Part shown: one piece after another, positions 11,751 through 24,269 of the stretch
How the letters are laid out: each line of letters starts with the position of its first letter
Position numbering within the stretch: position 1 is the stretch's first letter
Notes under the pieces: model-generated
Told to the model about the DNA's origin: nothing
The model's input: only the letters and a program-made list of their open reading frames with translations
The model's database searches: none
Made by a program: the position numbers and the translations under genes
Assembly (NCBI GenBank): GCA_036172245.1
Contig: JAYWIR010000048.1
Coordinates: 744,001-808,000, forward strand
Origin: Raillietiella orientalis
Lineage: Eukaryota
Length of the DNA: 64,000 bases
Direction of reading: 5' to 3'

Positions 11751-13049
11751 CCAAGAGATACGGGGGTCTATCTATTTCAAGTGAACGGATCCGGCGCTGC
11801 CGAGTGAAACAAATTTGCAAAGAGAAGCCAAAATATGGTATTCCAAACCGAGGCTGCAGAGCTTGCAGAACCTCGCGTCATGCTGTTCCCAACTAAAGAA
11901 AATTATTAGGCGCTAATGAAGAAGTTAAATCCACCATGCACAGGCATCACAGTTCCATCTTCCACATCTGATTCGGGGACGGACGAGTCAAAGAGACCTC
12001 AGCGGCACGAATGCCTTCAAACAGTTTCCCGTTTGGAAACGCGCGGAGGGCATTGCCATGCAACTGAAGCCCATGAGGGCACACGCATTACGAAAACCCT
12101 GCAGCGGGTAGGATTACGCACAGCTCGCCTCTTTTCGGGAAGGAAATTAATGAACCACCTTCAGGAGAGTCAGCGGATTCATTCGTACGGCCAGTTTTTT
12201 CAACACGCACAAAGGAACACGCGAATAAACAGCTCACATTCACGATGCAGTATTTGAACGATAAAATTGTCGTATGGCATGCCATCCGTCTGGATCAGGG
12301 CGAAATCTTGCAAAATAAACTCCAATAAAAGTGCAGATTTGCTCCAAAACTTTGCTGCATGCCAGCAAGATTTGGCCTCGTGCCACAACCGGCACGCGCG
12401 CCGCGGATATGACACGTCCCTGCTTGCCTTGTGGCCAGGGCTTGACTAAGCATTGGAAGGGTTGCGACGTTTCAGGTCCACAGAGCGGTTCAGATTCAGT
12501 GGTCAGCAACCGCCGGACGTTTGCGCTGTGCGGATGCAAGAACGCGGATGGGATGCAGCTCCAAGCGGCAAGCTGGGAACGTGATGGGCCTTTTTAAAAA
12601 AAAATTTATGAGGGAATAGGGAAATAGAAGATAAATGCATCATAACGCCTGCACAGGGAATCGCACATGTGACGGAATGATCAGGACGCACACACGTCCT
12701 GTATTATTTGCGTGGAGCGCGGGATGGGCCACTTTGCAGCGGAAGTAAATCTTGAAGGATGAAGTTAGCGATCGAAGGGATAAGTCGGTTCCCGTTCTCG
12801 TCTCAGTACATACTTGGCACTCCCTGCCCACTTTCGTTGGTTTTCTTCAGCCATCTCGCCATGACCTTCACCATGGCCTTCACTGATCGAACGTTATGGA
12901 CGCTGCGTGCGTGTTCCGCTTCGTGGGCGCCGTTTGTAGGCTGCCTCCAGAGCGGCCATCAGCGGGCTTCAAAGGAATTCGCTTTTGTGACACAGCCGGT
13001 CACGCTGGGGCGTTCGCCGCAACTCGTGTCAAGAAACACACACAAAACA

Positions 13050-13420
13050 CAGCGGTGCCTCGGTACTCGTCAGTGGTTCGTTCCGGAACACGTGACGAGT
13101 GCCGAAACCGACGAGCACCGAACGAGTTCCCCTTTCTAGGCATCGTGGTATCATTTCTGACCATTTTGCTACCTATGATTAACGAGGTTAAAATTCTCAG
13201 AAAGCACAAGAAAAGGAACGGTTCGGGAGGCACTCTGTGAATGCGTTCGTCACTGTTCGCCAGCTACCACGACACGAAAGTGTTCACTTGCTTCATCATG
13301 AGAGCCGGGTGTCAAGTTCCGAGCATGCACGGAGTGTGGAAACATTTTTTTTTCTCGTCAAAATGCGACGGGTACTGATTTTATCGAGTTCCGACACCGT
13401 CGAGTACCGAGGTACTACTG
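13050..13420. mobile_element. pogo/Tigger-type (Tc1-mariner superfamily) MITE
   Basis: Imperfect TIRs CAGCGGTGCCTCGGTACTCGTC (13050) and the reverse complement of CAGTAGTACCTCGGTACTCGAC (ending 13420). Non-coding interior; TA TSD not intact. Confidence 0.75.
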
Positions 13421-13439
13421 CAAAATAAAGCAAAGTGTC

Positions 13440-14570
13440 GACTCGGACGGCGGGTCCTGACAAAGTCCGACGCGTTCTTGTTGGGTCGCCAATGGAAGTG
13501 GAACAGCTCCATCGGAAGATCCTATAGAGGCATCACAAGCCTCGGGTTAGGCTGAAACTTTCGTGTCGCCCGCGGGAGGAAGGTGGGACTAGGGTGAAGT
13601 CTCTGCAGAAATCCGTGGATGCGCGACAACTTCAGTGATCTAACCTACGACTGGGACCATTGGCCTTGTGCGGCGCACACAACCTACTCGCAACTGGTCA
13701 ACAGCTCGGGAGGTCTGATGACAGCCACACTAGGCAAACATGGAGACTGGAGAAACATCTACCCCATAAGCAAGAGGAAACAGGCACCGGTGGTGACTCA
13801 CCGCTTCAAGATGGTTTGCCACGAAACAAGGAATTGTGGCAGGAAGAACTGGCCGTGATCAGTCCTTATCTCATAGGGGTCCCTTGGGACACCTAAAAAT
13901 GGATGCCTCAGAGGTCAGGTGTGAGGATTCGTGACTGCTCGCCACAAGTGGCAACTGCCACAGAATGTGGCTGCATCGCCGCACTAAGAAAATGATTGGA
14001 AGATTTAGCAGCAGGAACCACGAGCTCTGGAAGCACCAGGCAACCAATGCATTGCGTCTGATCAACAGAGCCAACATCCGTGAGGAAATGAAGGACACCA
14101 ACGAAGACGACGCACCGGGCAAGGCCGCCAACAGCTACGGGATCCGCAACGTGAACCAGCTATCTGTTGGCAGCCATATGGAGGAGTGACCTGCCACCGG
14201 ATACCCACGATGACCTCCTGATGTACTACCACGGGGGCACTCTGACTGGCTCCCCACCGAAACACAGGACAGACAGCAGCAAAGACGAACTCTGCAAGAC
14301 CTGCGGATATAGTGAAACCCAGCTCCACATTTTCACCTGCCCGACATTGATTCAGGCTTGGGCAAAGCTGAAGGCGGTGACTGACCTTCAGGAGAAGACA
14401 AAGCTCTCCAGCTTTGTCTTTTCTCTTGGCAGGGACGAGATGGGAACATTCCCGGATACAATAGCACGGTTCGCACCACCATCGCCCTCTTCATCACGAG
14501 CATCGCGATATGAAGGGCAACGATGCGGAGCGATAGTGCCTGCCATGGCCATGGTCCAAGGAGTCATCCA
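13440..14570 (+). mobile_element. LINE ORF2 C-terminal part with the best-preserved zf-RVT domain
   Basis: ORF 14167-14652: IWRSDLPP...YHGGTLTG...CKTCGYSETQLHIFTCPTLIQAW, a canonical C-x2-C...ET..H...C...W zf-RVT finger. Confidence 0.8.
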
Positions 14571-14577
14571 GGGAGAA

Positions 14578-17200
14578 TTTTCTCACCTGGTCACGTCGGG
14601 TCATTTATTTTATATAAAAAAAAACCAGTTGGGGACGCAGTTCCCAGCTTAGGGTAAAAGGAGCTCAAGGGGAGGACCTACTGACACGTAAGCTAGGAAA
14701 GTCCAAGTGCAAGGGGTCATCAAGAGGGAAATAGGGATCAAGAACTGCAGCAGAGCACCCGCCCGGACTTTTCACTATACCTTGAAGAAGATGGCGGATG
14801 TGGTCCGAGTAAATGGACTACCCACCGGGTGTTAGTGCCCCCTCCACCGACGGAGGAGGCTTTCTTTTGGAAAGTGAACGAAGAAAGTGACGCCTTGTCA
14901 TTTGAAGTGTTGCATGCAGGAACACCCGATGAAGTGTCTGCAGAATGCTTCATTGTAATTCCGATTTGAATGTTGTTTGACGAATTGACCCCTTCGCTGG
15001 TTCGACTGGGAACTATTCTTGATGAGGCAGACAGTAGCAAGCTGACTTGCCGCCCCAGAGAGAGAGGAAGGGTTCCAAAAAAAAAAAAAGGGGAAATCCA
15101 AAGCAGGAATTAGCCCCAAAGGAGATGCAAGCACCCACCCTTTATAAACTCTTTTTGCAGAGCAAGTTGTAGAATGAAGCCTCGATCCTGTTCTTGGAGA
15201 ACCTGGACCAATAATGGCAACCAACCAACATTCATTATGTTGAGGGAAGAATCTTTCAGAAAGCCTGAATGCTGCAGCTTCCGTCTCCAAGCAACAATGG
15301 GATGCCCCCATCCGCAAATGCAACAGCAGGGTGCTCCATCACGGACCAGCACTCTCAGGGAGTGCACGCTACAGAACTGAGCTTTTCATCTCGAAGACCA
15401 TTCGCGTACTCCAACAAGGACGCTCCTGCGAGGCAGATGAACGCGCAGCCGGTATTCCCGTTTCATCCATATTCCTGGCATCATTTGCCATCGCGGTCTT
15501 TTTTCCGGTCAGATTTCGAACGAATTTATTTCTTACGGAATGGAATTCTGCGTTGAAAACACAGACCAAGTAGAATGTGTCTGGAAAGCAGAAAGGTCTC
15601 TGCCGCTATTCTCTCGCAGGATCTGAAGTGGTCGAGGAATCCAGCAGCTGGGACCCTCTAGAGTGCAAGACCTTCGTCTGATTGAATTACGAAATCGGTA
15701 GGTCAACCCTTCCTGTGAAATGGATGAGCGAATCCTTTGGGTTGCGTTCCATCTTTTTCACCGGCGAGAGCTTCTTCAGCGCGGAACAGCTACTCTTGGT
15801 TGACGATGGGTTTCGGGTACCTTCTCTCAGAAAGCACGGTTTCTAAAAGAATCCGAACCTTTCCAGAAAGAGTTCCCCAAAGTAGCCGAAGAGCTTCGCC
15901 CAGCTTGTGGTTCTCTGCTCATTTTAACTTCTTGGATCACTAGGAAAGCATTTTTTTTTTCTTTTTTTTCTTTTCCATGCCGCCCTCTTCAGCGTGAGGA
16001 CTGGAGGAAGAGCCAACCAAGCAAGGGGAGCCCTTTTGACGGAACGTTACCAAAATTCTGGTAGCCTCTTTCATTCTGATAGCCGCGCAGACTGAATCGC
16101 AAGCCACTACCCCTCTCGATTTACTATCCGGAGCACCGACTTTGGCCAATCCAGCACGAGGGATAGGTTGGCCTCCATCATAAGAAATCAATAAGATTCG
16201 TCTTCACTCATGAATGGGTTTCATGGGACGGAAAAGCGATACCTGTTTTCTGAGCCTGATTTTGCAGACCTTTTATCTAAGGAGCGGAACAAAGGAGGGA
16301 TCCTATTCTATTCCGTTATTGGAATGAGGTGATTCCATTCTAATCGTTCTGATGGAGGAGACTTCTCTGATTCCATCAGTTGAAAAACGTTGGTGTCTAG
16401 AATCGTAGTCATCCTATAATAACCGTTGCAAGTGTCCGTGGATTTCCTTGAGGAACGATAGGCCATAGTACGATCAGATCTAGATGATGGCTTGGTCTCA
16501 AAGAGCCAAAGGAAACGGACGTTTATGCAGTTGCGATTGTACACAACCACACTGCAGGTCAGCGAGCTCTACCTGAGGGTTTTCTAAATCTAAACCACCT
16601 TTCTAAACGCCCAGTTGGTTGCTGCTCGCTTATGAATTCTTATACGTCGAGCTTCAAGGATAAACCGAGAGATGCATGAGGTGCTCGTTTCCTTCGTCAG
16701 CGATTCAACGTGGCAGCTGAGCTGCTTCGATCGGTCTCTAGATTTGGATGGTCAGGCCGCGCGTTCATCGAGAGAAGGACAGGACGAAAAGAGCGCACCA
16801 TTGGATGAGATCCAATGGCTTCTTGTATAAGTACGATGGTCGTGGAAGCTCACTCCGCGACTGTTCTGAGGTGGATCCCCTGGGTCAGGTTTACAAGCAT
16901 CGCCCTACACCATCCACCGGTCGCTGGTTTTCGATGTCCAGCTCTCTGTGGAACGCCGCCGCGACGGCGGCCAACAAGCCGGTGGGGTGGGTTGAAACGT
17001 GGGTGACATTCTGGAACGAGCGGACCAAAGCATTCAGCTCAAAACTCGAGCGGCTCTCCGATTTTGGATTTTCGTGTCCTTTGGAGATGCTCGAAGATTC
17101 AACACACCGCGACGAATGCCTTGCGAAATGCTTGCAGCTTTCCTCATTCCCCTGGGAATGGCTTCATTCAGGGAGGGTTTCCCTCGCTAACTTCGGACGG
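14578..17200 (-). mobile_element. Compressed near-full-span L1/Tx1-like LINE (ORF1-EN-RT-3' tail)
   Basis: ORF1-like remnant 17050-16700; APE N-terminus (VVYNRN..HHLDLIVL..KEIH) 16550-16435; RGVRQG-region remnant ~15230-15110; 3' UTR and tail (GGGAACTGCGTCCCC...AATAAATGACCCGACGTGACCAGGTGAGAAAA) 14740-14578. Confidence 0.65.
16553..16655. repeat. Left arm of ~100-bp inverted repeat
   Basis: Reverse complement of 17902-17998, apart from a few substitutions and one 6-nt indel. Confidence 0.95.
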
Positions 17201-17399
17201 AACTTCAGCAGCCCGCGTCTCACACTTGTAATTCAACTTTACTGTCGTCCTCACAGTTCGATGTTCTCCCTTCTAAATCTTTGCAGCCGTTGAGACTCCT
17301 CGTTTCCATGGCCTCCTGAAGTGATGGACATCAGTCATTTGAGCAGCTCCCATACAAATGCGCGTTTGGTCAGCACAACGGAAGCACTTCAGCGACATG

Positions 17400-18355
17400 T
17401 GTCAACATGTCATCACGCCCTTCTTCTACTCCCCTTGAAATTTCCTGCTCACGAGAGATACCTCGCGCGCGTCCCCATCGGATTCCCAGATCAGAATGCG
17501 GCGCAGTTTTGCGTCACGTCTCTGCTATTCTCTTTGGTTGCCAACAGCCATCTGATCGCCGTGCCACGAAGTTTGCGCCTTTCTGCTTTCACCGGGAACA
17601 TTTGGAACGATCCCGATACCTGCGCTTGGGTCTCCGTGCTTCTGCTTTCCCTGGTTGCGTTGGTCCGTTCTCGAGCGAGAGGAGTGCATCTCGCATTGCC
17701 CACCCAGAGAATCCCTCGAAGCTCGAAGGAACTTTCACCTCGTGGATCTCTCGGTTTCGGCAATGCGGATGGAAGACATCTTCTTCCGCGAAAATTCCCA
17801 CAGTATCCCCCCCAAGCTTGCCGCTGCGGTCGAAACTGCATTTCTGCTAAGAGTTGCAAAGATTTCTTTGGTGCAGCGGGAGAGAGACGTGGTATGTCCT
17901 AGAAGCTCGACGTATTCATGAGCGAGCAGCAACCAACTGGGCGTTTAGAAAGGCGGTTTAGATTTAGAAAACCCTCAGGCAGAGCTCGCTGACCTGCAAT
18001 GCGCTTGTTGTCGTTTTTCTTTTTTTAATTTCCAGCAGCAACCGGAAAAGGGTAGCTCCACTTTTCACGATGCGCAAACCTTTCGTCCAGCAGCCGACGT
18101 CTTTGAAGTGCTTTACAGTTGCGTCTCGCTCCAAAGAACTCAAGCGAAGATGACGTCGGGCATCTCCTGTTCGCTGTGACTGCTGAACGGAAAATCTTTT
18201 CCTTTCGAGATGAAGTAGCATTCTCTTTGTTTTTGCTTCGTATCCCACTTAATCCATCCAACTGATGGCTCCGCATCTGGATAATTATTGCAATTCTTCA
18301 AACTGCAGTAATTGTTTTTTGTTGTGGGCTAAATAAATGTGACTGCGACCGTCGG
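17400..18355 (+). mobile_element. Decayed LINE 3' remnant
   Basis: RYLARVPIG (YLGVP.G motif) ~17455-17482; T-rich UTR and AATAAA at ~18332. Confidence 0.45.
17902..17998. repeat. Right arm of ~100-bp inverted repeat
   Basis: gaagctcgacgtattcatgagcgagcagcaaccaactgggcgtttagaaaggcggtttagatttagaaaaccctcaggcagagctcgctgacctgca matches 16655-16553. Confidence 0.95.
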
Positions 18356-19600
18356 CTGTCGTTTCCCTTTGGGGGTTTTATTAACGGCGGGCACTCGGTG
18401 GCTTTGCTGGTCCGTCATTTAGTCCCAAGTCCAGCGACCTCATTCGGGAAACGAAACAGCGAATTTCGGGACCGAAAGGGCGAAATGGAACCAACGCGTT
18501 TCGCCGTCAGTTGCCGTTGAACAGAAGCAGCAGCAAACGAAATGCTGCGGAGATCTTCCCTCCGGTTCGCAGCTGGGTTCCCACGAACGCGTCACTTTGG
18601 GGTGCGAATGCTGGACGTCAACTTAATCGCCTCTTCGCGGACAAAGTTCCAAAATCCGCAACAAAGAAGGAGCAGCAAAAGCATCGGCATGACTTATCCA
18701 TCAAATCACTTCGCAGTCTTCCAGCGATCAAACGAAAAAAATGGGGACGAAAAAGTGGAAATTCGTAGGATCCAGGGATGAAACCTTCAGACTGCCTGCC
18801 ACGCCCCAGTCTCGGTCAGGATTTCTCAGATGAGAGTGAAATTTGATTTCCGCATGCGGAAACAAGCTTTAAATTTCTCTTTGGATCGGCTCGCGTTTTG
18901 AAAAGATCCGACCTTTCTATTATTGCCTTTCGAAAACGTAGAATGCCTGGAAAAAGGAGGTGGTTGGGGGTCCTGGCCTTCATACCAGGGAATGCTCTCG
19001 GAAGAACTTCGCCCCTTGCGCCACTTCCTTGGGAAGCGGTGTGCCACTCGACGAAGTGGTCAACCCTGGCCGCCACACATCCCTTGCGGCAGCGCTGTCC
19101 AGCCTCAGAGCAAAGCGACGACAGTTGCCTACCGGCGGCAGGGTGGGAATTCTTGTGCCCCAACGATGAAAACACCAAACTCCTGGGAGGCTGAACGCCG
19201 CGCGAGCTGGTGGATGGCGACGCTCCTCGTTCACAGGCGAGTCAACTTTGGTGGGGAGAACTTCCAGGTGTTGCCCCTGAGAACTCGTGGCCTCTCCCTT
19301 GTGTTGCAATACGCTTCGGTGTTTCCTCAAAAGGTGCTGCTGCTTCTGCACTGGAGACTTCGGTGCAACCGACGCTGGCACCTCGTCTCCGCGAAAGCCG
19401 CATCCCCGAACTGTGCCAGGTGAGGGGGCGGTGGAGTCGACCCCGTACCGGCTTTTGAACTGCGGTGCCCTTCAGGAACTGAGGCAGAGACCTGGATTCC
19501 GAGCTCCTACGACGGGAGCAGAGCTCCCACGACCTCCTGCTTCTTCGCGCCCGACGGACTTTCGACTGGTGCTGAGGTCGAGACGAGTTGCTGCGCCCGC
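18356..19600 (-). mobile_element. Decayed LINE 3' half
   Basis: zf-RVT-like LGHKNSHP...CRKGC...VDHFVEWHTA (19160-19035); tail-like AATAAAACCCCCAAAGGGAAACGACAG at 18383-18356. Confidence 0.55.
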
Positions 19601-19649
19601 ACCATCGTCACGGTGCTCCATGTGTTGTAGTCTCGGGCACAGCAAAGGG

Positions 19650-20078
19650 AGGTCACCCACATGGCAGCCGACTACATGAGAACGGCTGCCAGGTGGTCTC
19701 ATCTTGGAGAGGAATTAACGACGGAGATCCCGCTCCGGCATCCAGAGCCGGCTGCAAAAAGAGGGAGTGGCCGACGCCGGTAGCCCCCCTGTCCCTGCCT
19801 GCCCCTTATTTTCTTATTGTGCTTTGCCACCCTTTCCGAACTTTTTCCGGTTTTCTTCCTTTCTATAAGGAACGGGACTAACCAAAGACCCGTGTTCCAC
19901 CTTCCCTCTTTTGTTACTCGTTTATCGCCACCCCCCCTTCCGTTCCCTAATTTTCGATGCCTTGACCTGCGTGTCGATGGACCCTTCTCTGAAGTTCTTC
20001 CATCCCGGCTGGGAACCGAGTTCCTGACTGGTGTAGTTTTATTAAAGAAATGCCCCCGGGCATGGCAGGGTGAGAAGC
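19650..20078 (+). mobile_element. 5'-truncated LINE copy (ORF2 end plus structured 3' UTR)
   Basis: Aligns by eye with 56330-56661; contains GACCTGCGTGTCG, GGGAACCGAGTTCCT and a variant terminal GCCCCCGGG..GGGTGAGAA. Confidence 0.7.
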
Positions 20079-22399
20079 TTTCCTACTGTTCAGCAAACTC
20101 ACTCCGGCATGCGCGCAGCGAAATCGCATGTGGACGTTCCCACAGCCGAACACAAATTCGAAGTCTTCTTCTCCGGTGAGCGCTCGTACAGGGTGAGCCA
20201 TTTGAAAACCGAGTCCTGGAGCTCAGACGTGACCGGGCGGCGGAAACTGGCGCGAAACGCCTGATGTGAGGAAAGGGAGACCAGGAACCACTCGTTTGAC
20301 CACTCGCTTCCGTGCCGCTTTCGAGAGGGTCGTCTCGGGTGTTTTGAACGGCTGAAATTCGCCAGAGCCCGCAGAAATGAAGGAGCAGAACACGTCGATG
20401 AACTGGAAATTCCCGAATGGCTGTCAGGAATGTCCTGCTCGTTCCCTGCGTGGTGCAAATCGCGGGCATTCCAGGATCCGAAGAAAGTCTCAGAACTTGG
20501 TCCCAGGGGGCGCTTCTGGAGTGGCCGAGATGGGACAGACCTTGCCACACCCGGTAGGGTGCTTGAGGAAACTGCAATCAGAAGAGATGCGCCCGAAAGC
20601 ACGGAGACGCCCCGAGCATCGGTCGCGCGGGATGTGCACGGGACGCGGACGGAGAGGAAGTACAAAGAGGGACCTCGAAAGCTCTCGTCCCGGAAAAGTT
20701 GGGTCGAGAAGACGTATTCATGTGTGCCGCGATGCAGCGAGTATGCCCGTTTCCGACTTGCTGCACAGATGTTCAGCAGCTCGGGAGCTGGAGCGCAGTC
20801 GGCTCTGGCATCTGTGCAGCAGTCGCGGCTTCTGAAGAATCCAAACGGACACGGGTCCTTCTCAACAGATGGCAGGAAGAAAGAAAAGGAGATGAAGGTT
20901 CTGCAGGAATGCGCTGGACATTTTGAATGCGTCTTCCCGCAGTTCTGATGGCGGCACCATGGCCGACGGAAAGAGATGGAACCATTGAATCAGACAGAGG
21001 TCATGGGAGACGATGGAGCAATTCACATGCTGGTGACGTTTGCCCAACAAATGACACTGTGCCCACAGACACGCATCAGCTGAAACTAAGGGGGCTAAAA
21101 TTCCTTCTACAAAATCCCTTTTACAAAGCGCAGCTGCTTTTGAGGCAGGAAAAGCCTCCGCGCACCCCACCGATTCTGCGCAAAGAGCCCTTGCATATTC
21201 TGAGGAGAAATAGCTAAGTCCTCTCACGAGCCTTCCGCTCGGCTGCGGGGGAGGAAACTTTCTAAAGCATCGCTGCTGTTTCGGACGTGATGAAACTTTA
21301 CAAGTGCAGTGCCCGGCACTTCTCCCATTCTTTAAGGCACCCGCCGCCTTGGGCCATGTGTGGCGGCGACGTAGCTGAGAACAAAAACTTATTCGAAGGT
21401 CATCTATCTTCAGGATGGACGCAAACATGGGAGAGGGGAGAGCACAAAAGTTTTTCATACGAAAAGTGGTGGTTCGAGGGAAGAGAGTTCCATTGTGTGG
21501 ACCTCGGTTGAGGAAGGCCATGATGGAATGCTTGAACGCAGCAGGGGCTTCACAATGAAGCGAACCTCTGGAGACACTGGCACCCTTGTTGTGAGGATGT
21601 TTCGGCAGCAGAAGCAATCATGGATGGCAGAGACACCGTATCACGAAAAGGCGAAGACCGCGGCGTCGAAAAGGGAGAGCTCTGCTCAAAGTTCTCTCGA
21701 GTTCGCATTTTCTTTTTCCCGCTGAGCTGTCGTGGCAGACAATGGGCGTGGCACCTTTCTTCCTACCTACCGGGGAACCGCTACAAAAGTGAAACTGCGC
21801 CGTGTCCTCGTATCGAGGAAAAAGAACCCATTCCAGGACCCCTATTGGAGCCACTGTTTCTTCACTTGGAGCGAGCAGAAAGAGAAGACAGCGTATATTG
21901 ATTTCCGAGTGACTTCGCGCTGTCCGAAATTCCCGACGGAGAGCCCTGCGCCCCTGGAGAGCGCTGAGTTGAATAAATTGGCTAATGAGGCCAGAAAAAT
22001 TGTTTTCCCTGCTCTCCTACAACGTGACACTTCGGCGGCAGCGTTTTCCTCCAGCGGCTGCGTTTTCCCATCGAGCGCTGTTCCGCATCCGCCCTTGCAT
22101 TCCTGATCTGGCTCCCCCGTATCGCCAGGACCATCATCACTCTGCGGATGCCTGCCGTTTCCAAAGATGTGATCCCCGTGAGGGCTTTACAGACCACGGC
22201 TTGAGAAGGCCTTCCAGTTTGGCGAGAGCTGGCGCCAACTCACTCGGAAGACGCCCGTGTACCAACCGTTCGAATGCCTTTCCAAAGAGTAAGAAAGATA
22301 TTCAGGACCCCCTCTCGTTTGGAGCCATGGCTATTCTCAAGTGGAAGCGCTTCGAATCTCCTGGAAGCTTTCTCCGGCACTTCCTAATAACAAATGCAT

Positions 22400-23200
22400 T
22401 TATTCTTGGGTTGCTTTGCTCATGATGAAGGTCACACGCATCCTGGACTAACAGGGTCATAATGGGTCGTGCGGGGAGGGGATTTTAGAGCCATGCACTT
22501 CCGAATTCCATCCTCATCTGTTTTGCGAGAGGATGTGCTTCGGCACCACCGTGTGCGTCCTTTTGCGAATCCGATTTTGAGCTGGGATGGGACCGGGAAC
22601 TCACAGAACCCATTGCGCCGCGAGGAGCTGAGCCTGCAAGGCTGATGCAACACACCGTCCATGGCATGACGCTGAGCGATGGGAATCCTGAAGCAACCAT
22701 CGGAGACGATTGCCAAGGGGGATTTTTCTGAAACACTTCAGGGACTGAGCTGAGGAGGTGGGGGGGATGCAGAAAGACGTTTTGAATCTTTTAGAGTGCT
22801 TTTGGTAAATTTTGACTTTGAGGAGAGTATGGGAAGCACATTGGGCGCATCTTGCCAGCATCACTATAAGCGGGTGGGCACCTGAGCTGTAGAAATAAAG
22901 CTCCTCTGGTTTGGAAGGAAGATCTTCAGCTTAGCAGACACGCAGTGAAAGTTTGTGCAGACTGCCTTCTTGAACGAAAGAATGAAACCTATACGGAGAC
23001 AAAAGAAGGTGGTCAGTTTACTGCTGGGGATCTTCAAGAACCGTGGTTCCAAAGAGACTCATTGCATCTCTATCGTGCTTCCTGTTACGTCTCCGTTCAC
23101 AAGATGGTGCATCTTCTTTTATGGGAACGACTAGCCAATCACTTGGCCGTGAACTGGATTCATCACCAGGAAAGCATTGCGAACCATTCCGTGGGCATGC
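22400..23200 (-). mobile_element. Decayed LINE 3' remnant
   Basis: zf-RVT-like FRIPIAQRH...PCRL (22695-22630) and AATAAA at ~22403. Confidence 0.45.
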
Positions 23201-24269
23201 GTGCACCTCTGTTTTTTTTTAGTTTTTGTTTTTTTTTTTAAATAGCTTTATTTAGTCTTCAGCTACTAACAACACCACAAGCAGAGGAAGGCGAAGAGTA
23301 CTTCACTGTATCAATTTATGGGGACTTTCTTTTTCTCCATTATCCAATAAATTCTAAAACTGAAGTGGGAATTGGATTGAAAATGTTGGACTGTTCGAAA
23401 ATTCCTCCTTAGAAAACTTTTCTACGGTCGACGCTGATCAGGAATTCATTAAACTGTACAAAAGGCATATCAGAAAATACACTTCGGCTAGAAAAGCTGA
23501 CGCACATCCTTTGTACATTGCTGCCATGTTTTCATCTGAAAAATTTCAAGATCTTTTAAATGGACACGCTTCAGTTAAAAAGCATCATTGAACAAAGCAT
23601 TTCAATTCCATCTGCTTCACTTGGCCCCGCGAAGCAGCACCGCCTCTGGCGCACCGGTTAAGTCGGCGTTTCGTGGCAACGAATCGCATCTCTCCGGTTC
23701 GCTTCAAGCAGGTTCTTCCGTCCGCCACTCATCCCACTAAAGAGCCGATGAAGAAAGAAGCCCATAAACGTTTTGATGAAAAATGTGAATTTCATGGAAT
23801 AAACTCGGTGCTTCAAAGGAAAAATTTGCTCGGGGGGGTACTCTCCCGTGCCGTGTGTGTGTGTGTGTTTCCGTGTTCGGATTTTTGGGGGAATTTTCCC
23901 CGCAGCAAAGAAACTGTTCAGGAAGCGTTTGATTAAAGAGGATCGCAGCGCCGGTGCGTCACCGTGACATCATCTCACGGAAGCAAAACCTGCTAGACGT
24001 AATAACGGAGAGAAAAACAGTTTCAGTAGATTTACCTCATGCAGATGTTCTCTCGAGAAAGAGTACAGACCCTAAATAATACAATAATCTTCAAGAGCAC
24101 TTATGAATAATAGATGGCCATTATCTGGATAGACTTGCTCGGAAAGGGGGAAGTACGATGATAGAGCAACCATACCGGAAAAGATTAATTTCATGTAAAC
24201 GCGGCAACAAGGAAGACTTTTAGATGGACCACGCAAATCTGAGCTCACCATCAAAACAGAAAGCACTTA

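Noticed and set aside
24072..24238. Candidate terminal dpr exon (DLRGPSKSLP...)
   Set aside because: Phase-compatible, but the acceptor is weak and there is no typical Dpr 'E.PAAMQ' linker or clear GPI tail.
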